From Clostridiales bacterium (GTDB lineage Bacteria; Bacillota; Clostridia; Saccharofermentanales; Saccharofermentanaceae), in the NCBI GenBank assembly GCA_017510605.1, contig JAFWMQ010000008.1, forward strand, positions 82,234 through 146,233: DNA of 64,000 nt, written 5' to 3'. A program made the translations under genes and the position numbers. Under the pieces are notes generated by a model. It was not told the origin of the DNA, searched no databases, and was given only the letters and a program-made list of their open reading frames with translations. Numbering within the stretch: position 1 is the first letter of the stretch; every line of letters starts with the position of its first letter. This document shows positions 10,301 through 19,005 of this stretch, piece by piece.

Positions 10301-10510
10301 TTCAGAGCCCCTGATGATGTCGGCGGAGGCACGACAGAGGATATCGACAACATCCATAAGAAGTTCGAGAAGGAAGAGAAAGAAAAAGCCGAAGAAAAAG
10401 CAAAAGAACAGGCAAAGACTGACGGGAAGCCTGAAGATAAGGCGCCGGAAAAGGCTGAGGAAGAGAAAAAGCCTGACAATAAAAAATCCGAAGAGTCCGG
10501 AGAAAAATAA
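7301..10510 (+). CDS. Membrane-bound HD-GYP c-di-GMP phosphodiesterase with extracellular beta-propeller/Y_Y_Y sensor
   Basis: Signal-peptide-like N-terminus; repeated DSxxxLWIGT and DGLPS propeller motifs; YTNLRGGTYVF; TM; HSKRVA, LLHDIGK, HHERPDGKGYP, ADAFDAM; K/E-rich tail. Confidence 0.92.
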   Translation: MSEKRNITLKLVKAVLGMAMAFCVLLSSAPVLLSADDNIPADPVENREGYAAYLYDNTTGLPTSEANAIAETSDGFLWIGSYGGLIRYDGNSFERYKSTTGIASVVSLFVDSTDRLWIGTNDNGAAVMDRKGNVKMYGKKDGLPSASVRDFAEGPGGEIYVATTQGVAFVDQGGKLSLIDDSMINSEYVRRLETGADGVTYALTMEGSVFTLVNGALERFYNADDIGIEGIHALTVDPYNPGYLYLGTKGSKIWYGSLSEGFPKDKRINVEPLEYINSIICKKDRIWVCANNGVCVYKDGDEKPEILENIPMNSNIEGLISDYQGNLWFVSSRQGVMKIVPNQFTNVFDQYDLPETVVNTTCYYDNMLFIGTDSGLIVLDDEGEVSRININNAVTASGEHLGNLELISMLKGIRIRSIIKDSHDRIWISTYGDNSLIRFDHGDVKTFGVDDGMPSKRIRAVSECRDGSYLVACTGGLVVIRDDKVDKVYDASSGIGNIEVLTVAEGTNGDMLVGTDGDGIYVVGASGTKHLDTTNGLFSDVVMRIKKDTMREIYWIVTSNSVAYMTADYEIHSIINFPYSNNFDIYENSKGELWVLSSNGIYVVSVDEMLENDEIEPVFYGIANGLPVITTSNSYSCVTDDGYLYIAASTGVAKVNIEKQFETVDNIKMTVPYIDADGVKMYPDDDGVITVPLDVKKITVYPYVCTYTLMDPTVTYSLLGFDSNTTTIHRSDLTPIDYTNLRGGTYVFKMVISDAMGHGSNEYTLTINKQMAIYEYAWFIICVSLLVLGLIAVLVYLYVRKKTKKLLKKQEENRLLIREIVEAFAKTIDMKDKYTNGHSKRVAEYTAMLARELGYNEEAVEKYYNIALLHDIGKIGVPGEVLNKAGKLDDDEFQTIKSHTSLGYNVLKDISIMPELSVGAEAHHERPDGKGYPNGLKGDEIPRVAQIIGVADAFDAMYSNRPYRNRMNFEKVVSIIKGASGTQLTEDVVDAFLRIVDRGGFRAPDDVGGGTTEDIDNIHKKFEKEEKEKAEEKAKEQAKTDGKPEDKAPEKAEEEKKPDNKKSEESGEK

Positions 10511-11343
10511 TGCGTAAAGTATACGTCAGTGTGATACTGCTTGTCGCCGCGCTGACAGCCTTCATTTTGTTTAACCATTTCATGTATAAAAACCGTTCGA
10601 AGAAAGATACCGGCACCGGTACTTCGGTCACCGAACCGTATCTGACTGAGCCTGTTCAGACTGATGCAGAAGTATCTCTTGTATCAGAAACGGAAATAAC
10701 TGCTTCAGAACAGACAACAACCGTTCCGGTTATCACGTCAGAAGAGGAGACAACTGCTATCACCCCTTCTTCTGAGACAACACAGTTCTATGAGATAAAG
10801 GACGGCAACTACAGAGCTGCATTCGATGACATCATCATAGCGGGTGACAGTCTGGTAAAAGCCATAGAAGAATATGGCATTCTTGATGATGACCAGGTCC
10901 TGGCCGAGATCGGTGCCCACACATGGCATCTGAGTAATGTAACGGATCAGATCGTGGCATCAAATCCAAGATATCTGATACTTCATTACGGTGAGAACGA
11001 ACTTGATGAAGCAGAAAACGCGGTATATTTCATTAACAGATATAAAGAATGTATTGAGCGGCTCAAAGAAGAACTTCCCGATACGGAGATATTTGTCGGA
11101 AGTATCTTCCCCGTTCAGGAGAAAGCTTATTACAGCGAGCCTTATACGGTTAACATTCCGTACTACAATGAGCTCCTTAAAGAGATGGCTGAGGAACTGG
11201 GTGTTCACTTCATAGATTATGACCCGTGGTGGGACACTCTCAATACAGATTATTATGAGCCCGACGGCATCCATCCGGTCAGGAGTTTTTACACCGAAGA
11301 GTATCTGCCGTATGTGTACAATCTGGTGTTGAACACAAAATAA
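10510..11343 (+). CDS. SGNH/GDSL-family hydrolase, membrane-anchored, with T/E-rich linker
   Basis: IIAGDSL, GENE, DGIHP motifs; N-terminal TM. Confidence 0.85.
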   Translation: MRKVYVSVILLVAALTAFILFNHFMYKNRSKKDTGTGTSVTEPYLTEPVQTDAEVSLVSETEITASEQTTTVPVITSEEETTAITPSSETTQFYEIKDGNYRAAFDDIIIAGDSLVKAIEEYGILDDDQVLAEIGAHTWHLSNVTDQIVASNPRYLILHYGENELDEAENAVYFINRYKECIERLKEELPDTEIFVGSIFPVQEKAYYSEPYTVNIPYYNELLKEMAEELGVHFIDYDPWWDTLNTDYYEPDGIHPVRSFYTEEYLPYVYNLVLNTK

Positions 11344-11432
11344 ATAACAGGCAGTGTTTTTATCTGTCATTACATTCCGAATCCGTATTGTTGTCATGCC
11401 GAGAAAGTATGCCGTCATGAGTTAGTTTGCAT

Positions 11433-11452
11433 TTATACTGAAATCAGTATAA
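11433..11452. promoter_or_regulatory. 20-bp inverted repeat abutting the SD of the next gene
   Basis: TTATACTGA-aa-TCAGTATAA; the right arm runs into AAGGAGG. Confidence 0.55.
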
Positions 11453-11463
11453 GGAGGCTTGCC

Positions 11464-14034
11464 ATGGCTGCATTTGACAGGGTTTTAAGCGGTATCCCGG
11501 AGATGGATAAAGCATTCGATAATATCAGGCTCGGCGACAATGTCGTCTGGCGTGTGTCGGACCTTGATCAGTTCAAACTGTTCATGGAACCTTATGTCGA
11601 GCAGGCTATAAAGGATAATCGCAACATCATCTATTTCAGGTTCGCAAGCCATGAACCTCTTGTTGAAGACCGGTCTGAAGTAAAGACCGTCACGATTCCT
11701 CTGTCGCACAGATTTGAGACATTCACTGTTGATATCCATAACGTCATCGAAAAAGAAGGCTTTGATGCTTTCTATGTTTTCGACTGCCTGTCGGAACTCC
11801 AGACGGCGTGGGCGACGGACCTTATGATGGGCAACTTCTTCAAGGTAACGTGCCCGTTCCTTTTCATACTTGATACGGTGGCTTTCTTCCCGATAATCAG
11901 AGGAAAGCATTCCGTCGACGCGATCAATAAGATCCTTAATACTACACAGCTATTCATTGATGTATATTCGGACAGCAGAAATATCTATGTGCGTCCCGAG
12001 AAAGTATGGAACAGGGATTCTGATACGATGTTCCTTCCGCACACATATGAGCCTGATACGGGGATGTTCCAGCCTATCTTAGACGGCGTCAAATCCAGCA
12101 GGTTCTATCAGACACTGGGGCAGGCGCAGCGTTCTTCAGAAGAACAGTTTTCCGACTCGTGGGACAGGTTCTTTAACCGCACGAAGATCCTTCACGAGGC
12201 TCAGGCTGACATCACCGAAGAGTGCAGCAGGATGTGCAACATCATGATGACGCGCGATGAGAAGATGCGTGAGATGGTGAAGAAGAATTTCACTCCGGAA
12301 GATTATTTTGCCGTGAGAGATCACATGATCGGAACCGGCATGATCGGAGGCAAATCGTGCGGCATGCTCCTGGCGAGAGCGATAATCAGGAATAAGGAAC
12401 CTGACATCGCGGACTACCTTGAACCTCATGATTCTTTCTATGTCGGCTCGGATCTTTACTACACATATATCGTTGACAACAACTTGTGGGACCTGAGGAT
12501 AAAGCAGCGTACCGATGAAGGATATTTCACGCTTGCCGAAGAATTTGCGGATAAGATAATGGAAGGTGAGTTCTCAGGCCCGATGAGGGAACAGTTCTTA
12601 AGGATCATTAAGTACTACGGTCAGGATCCGTACATTATAAGGTCGAGCAGTATTCTCGAGGATGGATTTGGCAATGCTTTTGCGGGCAAATATGAGTCTG
12701 TCTTCTGCGTTAACAGAGGATCTCTCGAAGAACGCCTTGCAGAGTTCGAAAACGCTATCAAGACAGTCTACGCGAGCTCGATGAGCCTGTCGGCACTTGA
12801 TTACCGCAAGAGAAGAGGGCTCGATAAAAGAGACGAGCAGATGGCTCTCCTGATACAACGCGTATCGGGTTCTTATTACGGGTCTTTCTACATGCCGTGT
12901 GCCGCCGGCGTCGGCTATTCTTACAGCCCGTACAGGGTTATGAAAGACTCGGATCCGACGGCCGGAATGTTAAGGCTCGTTATGGGTCTCGGCACATCCG
13001 CAGTCGACAGGACCGAAGGTTCTTATCCGCGCATCGTAAATCTTGATATGCCCGAGAAATCATCCTATTCTTCATCTGCCGACAAGCACAAGTTCTCGCA
13101 GGGCAAAGCCGAGGTCATCAACATGACTTCGCACACACTGGAAAAGCTCGCTTACGACAAGCTTGAATCCGATATTCCCAGATACCTTGAGAATGTTCTT
13201 CTCGAGCACGATTACGAGGCAGAATCCAGACTCCGCGAGATGGGAAGACCGAGGCAGATCAAGTTCATATCGTGCAAAGGCCTCGTTGCAAATAAACAGC
13301 TCATGGAGCAGATGAAGAGGATGCTCCGCTGCATTCAGGATGAATACGATTATCCTGTCGATACGGAGTTTACGATCAACATCTCAGATAACGGCGATTA
13401 CTCTATAGATCTTCTGCAATGCCGTCCGCTTCAGATCCAAAAGACTTCATCGGGTACGGTCATTCCGGAAGGCATTCCCGAAGATAATATCCTTCTCGAG
13501 AGCAAAGGCTCTTCGATGGGCATGTCGAAGGCATCCGAACTTGACATAGTCGTATATGTTGATCCTGTAAATTACTACAACATGCCATACAAGGATAAGC
13601 CCGCAGTCGCAAGGCTCATAGGTAAACTTAACTGGCATTACAGAGATCTTGGAAAGCACATGATGCTCATAGTTCCTGGACGTGTCGGAACTACGTCTCC
13701 CGAACTTGGCGTTCCTACTGCTTTTGCTGATATAAGTGCATTTGAGATCATTTGCGAGACAGAAGAATCGAGAGCCGGATATAATCCCGAGCTGTCTTAC
13801 GGAAGCCATATTTTCCAGGATCTCGTGGAAGCTGAGATACTTTATACTGCGGTGTTTAATAACTCTAAGACCATTCATTTTCATCCTGAGAAACTTGACA
13901 GTTCTCCTGATGTTATAGGTGAGTTTACTGAGGGGCAGGACCTCTCTGACATAGTGCATGTTTTCGATGTGGCGGGAAGGGGCTGTAAGGTCTATAACGA
14001 TATAGCAAATGAGCATCTGGTGATTACCTGCTGA
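11464..14034 (+). CDS. PEP/pyruvate-binding (PPDK_N, ATP-grasp) domain protein with RecA/KaiC-like N-terminus; not a complete PpsA/PpdK
   Basis: IGGKSCG, IIRSSSILEDGFGNAFAGKYES, MALLIQRVSG, GLGTSAV, LLQCRPL. No phospho-His swivel or PEP-binding barrel recognisable. Confidence 0.82.
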   Translation: MAAFDRVLSGIPEMDKAFDNIRLGDNVVWRVSDLDQFKLFMEPYVEQAIKDNRNIIYFRFASHEPLVEDRSEVKTVTIPLSHRFETFTVDIHNVIEKEGFDAFYVFDCLSELQTAWATDLMMGNFFKVTCPFLFILDTVAFFPIIRGKHSVDAINKILNTTQLFIDVYSDSRNIYVRPEKVWNRDSDTMFLPHTYEPDTGMFQPILDGVKSSRFYQTLGQAQRSSEEQFSDSWDRFFNRTKILHEAQADITEECSRMCNIMMTRDEKMREMVKKNFTPEDYFAVRDHMIGTGMIGGKSCGMLLARAIIRNKEPDIADYLEPHDSFYVGSDLYYTYIVDNNLWDLRIKQRTDEGYFTLAEEFADKIMEGEFSGPMREQFLRIIKYYGQDPYIIRSSSILEDGFGNAFAGKYESVFCVNRGSLEERLAEFENAIKTVYASSMSLSALDYRKRRGLDKRDEQMALLIQRVSGSYYGSFYMPCAAGVGYSYSPYRVMKDSDPTAGMLRLVMGLGTSAVDRTEGSYPRIVNLDMPEKSSYSSSADKHKFSQGKAEVINMTSHTLEKLAYDKLESDIPRYLENVLLEHDYEAESRLREMGRPRQIKFISCKGLVANKQLMEQMKRMLRCIQDEYDYPVDTEFTINISDNGDYSIDLLQCRPLQIQKTSSGTVIPEGIPEDNILLESKGSSMGMSKASELDIVVYVDPVNYYNMPYKDKPAVARLIGKLNWHYRDLGKHMMLIVPGRVGTTSPELGVPTAFADISAFEIICETEESRAGYNPELSYGSHIFQDLVEAEILYTAVFNNSKTIHFHPEKLDSSPDVIGEFTEGQDLSDIVHVFDVAGRGCKVYNDIANEHLVITC

Positions 14035-14498
14035 TGGATATTGATTACAGATGGACAGACGGAAGCGATGAGGATTTCCACCGCTTTTACCTTAAGACTG
14101 AGGACTACTACAGCAGTATTGTAGGGGGCTTACAGAACCGTGCTGCATTTGTTCCTTATAACATTTCGGAGAGTATTACGGATGTCCTTATCGCGGAAGT
14201 TGACGGCTGTGCTGTCGGATGTGCCGGCTTAAAAGCATATTCTGATACTGAAGTGGAAATAAAACGAGTCTGGGTAGAGCCTGAATACAGAAAGAATCAT
14301 ATCGCAGAAAAGATGATGGACCTTCTTGAATCGAAGGCGGTTGAACTCGGGTTTGAAAAAGCGGTCCTTCAGACGAGACCTCAAATGGAAGCAGCTGTCA
14401 GCATGTATCTTAAACGCGGATACGTGCTCATCGATAACTATCCTCCGTACGATAAACTTGACGGCGCCATCTGCTTTTCGAAAGATTTGATGAAGTAA
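14034..14498 (+). CDS. GNAT N-acetyltransferase
   Basis: EIKRVWVEPEYRKNHIA; AVSMYLKRGY. Confidence 0.88.
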   Translation: MDIDYRWTDGSDEDFHRFYLKTEDYYSSIVGGLQNRAAFVPYNISESITDVLIAEVDGCAVGCAGLKAYSDTEVEIKRVWVEPEYRKNHIAEKMMDLLESKAVELGFEKAVLQTRPQMEAAVSMYLKRGYVLIDNYPPYDKLDGAICFSKDLMK

Positions 14499-14568
14499 TT
14501 TATCACTTGCAATTGATATAATAGATAGCGGTTAGGCATTGATGTCTTAGCGCAAAGGGGGAATGCGT

Positions 14569-14967
14569 ATGAAACGTGAATTGGGAATTGCAAGATGCGG
14601 TCTGGCATGCTGCCTGTGTTCTGAAAACGTAACATGCAAAGGCTGTAAGCTGGACGGTTTTAAGGATCTCTCATGGTGCAAAGATGCAGAGTGGTGCGAG
14701 AACAGAAAGTGCTGCATAGCAAATGATATTCCCGGCTGCTGGGCATGCACTGAAAGTGACTGCAGAAAAGGTCTGTTCAAGGACAAGATAAAGGCCCGCG
14801 GATTCTCGGAATATGTGCGCCGTTATGGTATGGATGCGCTGCTTGAACGCCTTGAGATAAATGAGAAGAACGGAATCGTCTATCACAGGGAAGGAATAAT
14901 GGGCGATTACGACGAGTTTGATGATCTGGAAGAGTTGATCAGATTCATCAGTACAGGAGAAAGATAA
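14569..14967 (+). CDS. Cys-rich DUF3795-like protein
   Basis: ARCGLACCLC...CKGC...CC...C...C pattern; start chosen on SD spacing. Confidence 0.7.
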   Translation: MKRELGIARCGLACCLCSENVTCKGCKLDGFKDLSWCKDAEWCENRKCCIANDIPGCWACTESDCRKGLFKDKIKARGFSEYVRRYGMDALLERLEINEKNGIVYHREGIMGDYDEFDDLEELIRFISTGER

Positions 14968-14978
14968 GGGGTATTAAG

Positions 14979-15977
14979 ATGGGTATAGACAGAAAGTGTC
15001 CGTCATGCGGCGGTACTATGATCTTCATCCCCGGATTTGACAGTCTTCAGTGTCAGTCTTGCGGACACAAAGAGGTCATTCCTGAACTCATATCTAAGGT
15101 TCCGGTAGAGGAGATGGACTTCCTTACCGCGCAGAATACTGCGAGCCATGACTGGGGTATGGAAGCAAAGGTTGTCCAGTGCAAACAGTGCGGTGCTGAG
15201 ACTATTCAGAACAAACTTCAGCTTTCGGGTATGTGTCCGTTCTGCGGATCAACTACAGTTGATACCGCAGATCCTGAGAAAGATATTATGGCACCGATGG
15301 GAGTTATTCCGTTCAAGATTACGGAGAACCGCGCATATTATATTTTCAAGGACTGGATCAAGGACAGATTCCTGGCTCCGGAACTTCTCGCAAAAGATGC
15401 ACAACTAAACAAGTTTTATGGTATTTATGTTCCGCTCTTTACGTTCGATGTTCTTACCGTAAACCGTTTTACCGGCCACTATAATGAGGGTAACAGGGTG
15501 CTTTTTAAAAGCGGCAAATTCCAGCATCAGGTTGATGATTTTCCTGTTGTTGCAAGTAAGCAGCTGGCTTCCGATAAACTGCTGTTATCTGTTCTGAAGG
15601 ATTACCGCACGAGAGAGGCAAAGCCTTACACTTCTGATGCTTTGGCCGGTTTTCCCTGTGAACATTATTCCATCGGTCTGATTGATGCGTGGAACAGTTT
15701 GGGCAAAGAAATGAGATTCTACCTTGAGAATCAGGTGCAGAAAAGTGATCCGTCTAAATATATTATGGGTATTGAGATGGCAACTGACTATTACAATCTG
15801 AGATATAAATACCTGATCGTACCGGTCTGGATCAATTCGTTTTTCTACGATAACAGGCTTTTCACAATAGTTATTAACGGTCAGACGGGAAAGATCGACG
15901 GTCAGTGGCCGAAGTCTTTCGGAACTTTTGCGAAGAAGACAGCTTTATTCTTCCTTGGATCATTCGGGTTGGGTTGA
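14979..15977 (+). CDS. Multi-zinc-ribbon protein with C-terminal anchor, paralog of 34736..35821
   Basis: Four CxxC pairs; IPFKI, YVP, VPVW, NGQTGKIDG shared with the paralog. Confidence 0.8.
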   Translation: MGIDRKCPSCGGTMIFIPGFDSLQCQSCGHKEVIPELISKVPVEEMDFLTAQNTASHDWGMEAKVVQCKQCGAETIQNKLQLSGMCPFCGSTTVDTADPEKDIMAPMGVIPFKITENRAYYIFKDWIKDRFLAPELLAKDAQLNKFYGIYVPLFTFDVLTVNRFTGHYNEGNRVLFKSGKFQHQVDDFPVVASKQLASDKLLLSVLKDYRTREAKPYTSDALAGFPCEHYSIGLIDAWNSLGKEMRFYLENQVQKSDPSKYIMGIEMATDYYNLRYKYLIVPVWINSFFYDNRLFTIVINGQTGKIDGQWPKSFGTFAKKTALFFLGSFGLG

Positions 15978-15980
15978 TTT

Positions 15981-16463
15981 ATGATCAGACAGATCGAAAA
16001 GAAAGATATTCAGGATTGCATAAACGTGATAAGGGAAAGCTTTATGACTGTTGCAAAGCAGTTTGATATCACGCCTGAGAACGCGCCCAGGTTTACTGCA
16101 TATGCAACTGATGAAGCAAGGCTCCTTTATTGGATGGACAACCAGCACCGCCCCATGTACGGTTACTTTGAAGACGGTAAATTAGTCGGTTACTATAACC
16201 TTTACCTGCCGGGCGATAATGTATGTGAATTGGGAAGTCTTTGTGTGCTGCCTAACAAAAGGCACAGCGGTATCGGAGATGCTCTTTTGAATGATTCCAT
16301 GTCGCGTGCCAAGGATTTGGGATGCACGGTAATGAAACTCAGCATTGTTGAAGAGAACACCATTCTTCGCAAGTGGTATGAGCAGTACGGATTCATTCAT
16401 ACAGAGACTAAGAAATTTGATTTCTTTCCGTTCACTTGCGGTTATCTTGAGAAAGAACTTTAA
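15981..16463 (+). CDS. GNAT N-acetyltransferase
   Basis: LCVLPNKRHSGIG; KWYEQYGF. Confidence 0.88.
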   Translation: MIRQIEKKDIQDCINVIRESFMTVAKQFDITPENAPRFTAYATDEARLLYWMDNQHRPMYGYFEDGKLVGYYNLYLPGDNVCELGSLCVLPNKRHSGIGDALLNDSMSRAKDLGCTVMKLSIVEENTILRKWYEQYGFIHTETKKFDFFPFTCGYLEKEL

Positions 16464-16481
16464 CGATTTCGGAGGTCACTT

Positions 16482-16898
16482 ATGAGGTTAGACGGTTTCG
16501 GATTACTTGTTGAAGATATGGCGTCAATGGTACGCTTTTACAGAGACGTGCTCGGGTTTGAGATCAAAGAAGCTGAAGACACTTCCAATGTTTATCTCGT
16601 AAAAGACGGCACGCTGTTTCTTCTCTATGGCCGCAAGGATTTCGAGAACATGACTGGCCGCAGATATGAATACGTTAGAGGCCTTAACGGACACACTGAG
16701 ATTGCGCTCTATGTCGATACTTTTGATGAAGTCGATGAGGCTTTTAAGAGGATAGTTGAGAACGGCGGAAAAGCTGTGCTTGAACCGACTACTGAACCTT
16801 GGGGCCAGAGGACATGTTACATTGCCGATCCTGAAGGCAATCTTATCGAGATAGGTTCATGGGATAAGCCTTATGAGATAAAAGACGAGGGACACTGA
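16482..16898 (+). CDS. VOC/glyoxalase family protein
   Basis: FYRDVLGF; EPWGQRTCYIADPEGNLIEI. Confidence 0.92.
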   Translation: MRLDGFGLLVEDMASMVRFYRDVLGFEIKEAEDTSNVYLVKDGTLFLLYGRKDFENMTGRRYEYVRGLNGHTEIALYVDTFDEVDEAFKRIVENGGKAVLEPTTEPWGQRTCYIADPEGNLIEIGSWDKPYEIKDEGH

Positions 16899-16899
16899 T

Positions 16900-17211
16900 A
16901 TGGCTTCAAGCAAAGAATATCTGGGTTTTGTTTTGGAACAGCTTTCTGAATTGGAAGACATCTCCTACCGTGCGATGATGGGGGAATATGTCATATATTA
17001 TCGCGGCAAAGTCATGGGCGGGATCTATGATGACCGTTTCCTCGTAAAGCAGACTAAGTCTTCATTGAAGATGATGCCTGACGCTGATCTGGAGCTCCCT
17101 TATGAAGGCGCGAAAGAGATGATCATGGTGGATGAAGTTGATAACAGGGATTTCTTAAAAGATCTTTTCGAAGCCATGTATGATGAGCTTCCGGTTCCGA
17201 AGAAAAAGTGA
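16900..17211 (+). CDS. TfoX/Sxy N-terminal domain protein
   Basis: YRAMMGEYVIYYRGKVMGGIYDDRFLVK; PYEGAKEM. Confidence 0.88.
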   Translation: MASSKEYLGFVLEQLSELEDISYRAMMGEYVIYYRGKVMGGIYDDRFLVKQTKSSLKMMPDADLELPYEGAKEMIMVDEVDNRDFLKDLFEAMYDELPVPKKK

Positions 17212-17698
17212 GTTTTTAAGAATGTTTTTGGTATATGAAATGTGCTTCGAAAAGAAGGTCATACCTTCTCCTGATATAGAATGCATTCCTTTTGAAGATA
17301 AGGTATTTGAAGATTATCAGGAACAGTATAAAGAAGCATATAATGCTGCATTTCACCCGATGAGGGAAGCACTTGGGATCAGACCGTATGACTGGTTTTC
17401 GGAAGGCGGAGCGGTTCTCAAAGAGAATAGTGATATCTTTCTTCTGATAAATGACGGAGAGTTTATCGGTTCGGTTGGTTGTTACGGCAATGAAGTCGAT
17501 GACCTTTTTGTAGGGGAAGGATATCTTGGAAAAGGATACGGCAGAAAGCTTCTAATATGGGCAATGAATAATATCATATGCAAAGGTAACGATAAGATCG
17601 TTCTGCATGTCGCAGAGTGGAATGAAAAAGCGGTGCGGATGTATCTTAACGAAGGCTTTGTGATCGTACGGAAAGAAGAGATGCAACATGATCTGTAA
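17180..17698 (+). CDS. GNAT N-acetyltransferase (true start probably downstream, e.g. 17222)
   Basis: LFVGEGYLGKGYGRKLL; NEKAVRMYLNEGF. Confidence 0.8.
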   Translation: MMSFRFRRKSEFLRMFLVYEMCFEKKVIPSPDIECIPFEDKVFEDYQEQYKEAYNAAFHPMREALGIRPYDWFSEGGAVLKENSDIFLLINDGEFIGSVGCYGNEVDDLFVGEGYLGKGYGRKLLIWAMNNIICKGNDKIVLHVAEWNEKAVRMYLNEGFVIVRKEEMQHDL

Positions 17699-18995
17699 GA
17701 TAATGAAGGACAGCGGGAATAAAGCTTATATCAAAGACTTAGAGCGCCTTGACCGTTCTTTGATATCCGATGATATCACCGTTGTTAATGATGTGAATTA
17801 TTCAGGTGATGAAGATTCTGAACACACGTTTGATATCTATTACAGAAACGATGAAAAACTAAAGCCGGTGCTGATCGATATTCACGGAGGAGGCTTTATT
17901 TCACACGACAAGAAAGTCGACAGTGTTTTCGCAAATGTTATGGCACAAAAAGGCTTTGTTGTTTTTGCTCTGAATTACAGACTTGCTTATCCTGAGCACA
18001 ATGTTTTCGATCAGATAGAAGACATTGATAAAGCTTCAAGATGGGTCGTGAAAAATGCTTCGGTTTATGAGGGCAGCATAACGGATCTCTTCATCGCAGG
18101 TCATTCATCAGGAGGCGTTAACGCTGTTGCTGAAACTTTTCTTTGTATAGATTTCCAAATGCGTTCTGCATATGGTCTGGCTGACAGAAATTTCCGTTAT
18201 AGCGGTCTGATCCTCGATTGCGGTCTCATGCATTTTTATAAGAACAGTGTTGCTTATAATGGAATGCGTGATATGGTTTTCCCAAAGGGTTATAAGAATG
18301 ACCCGCGTTACGGATTCCTTGTTTTTGAGAAGAACGGTTTGATCAGCAGGCTCCCCAAGACAGCAATCATCACGAATGATTCAGATGAACTTAAGAATAT
18401 GTCTTATTATTTCGATGAACTGCTCGCGAAAAAGAACGTTTCCCACAAGCTGTTTGATAAAGGTTCAGAAGGTCACATGGGAATCGTGTTTAAGCCGGTA
18501 ACGGATGGTTCAAATCTTATGGATGATGTTATTTCTTTTTTGATTGATGATATCAATCTGGTAAAGTATGACAATACATATAAGCAGCACGTTTTTGAAT
18601 TCACAGGCCGGTGCTTTGAAGAGCTTGGCAAGAAGTTCGAGCCTTCGGGAAGACACGCGTCTTACAACAATATCGAAAATGCTTTTGAAGTTTTCTATTG
18701 TCTGACTGTTAAGGATAATGTTATAGGGACTGTTGCGTTGAAGAAGATCGATGATTATACAGTTGAGATCAAAGCATTATATCTCGACAGCAGTTACAGG
18801 GGGAAGGGACTTGGAAGCCGCCTGATAAAAAAAGTAATCGATGAGGCAAAGAATCGCGGATTTAAGAGCATTGTCCTGGATTCGATGTCGCAATATAAGG
18901 AAGCTTTAAGGCTGTACGGGAAGTTTGGGTTCAGGGACACTGAAAGATATAACGATAACGTGTATGCTGACGTGTTCATGAAGCTGGAACTGTGA
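17688..18995 (+). CDS. Alpha/beta hydrolase (HSL/Abhydrolase_3-like) fused to a C-terminal GNAT domain
   Basis: DIHGGGF, AGHSSGG, then LYLDSSYRGKGLG and ALRLYGKFGF in one frame. Confidence 0.85.
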   Translation: MICKIMKDSGNKAYIKDLERLDRSLISDDITVVNDVNYSGDEDSEHTFDIYYRNDEKLKPVLIDIHGGGFISHDKKVDSVFANVMAQKGFVVFALNYRLAYPEHNVFDQIEDIDKASRWVVKNASVYEGSITDLFIAGHSSGGVNAVAETFLCIDFQMRSAYGLADRNFRYSGLILDCGLMHFYKNSVAYNGMRDMVFPKGYKNDPRYGFLVFEKNGLISRLPKTAIITNDSDELKNMSYYFDELLAKKNVSHKLFDKGSEGHMGIVFKPVTDGSNLMDDVISFLIDDINLVKYDNTYKQHVFEFTGRCFEELGKKFEPSGRHASYNNIENAFEVFYCLTVKDNVIGTVALKKIDDYTVEIKALYLDSSYRGKGLGSRLIKKVIDEAKNRGFKSIVLDSMSQYKEALRLYGKFGFRDTERYNDNVYADVFMKLEL

Positions 18996-19005
18996 AAGGA
19001 ATGAA

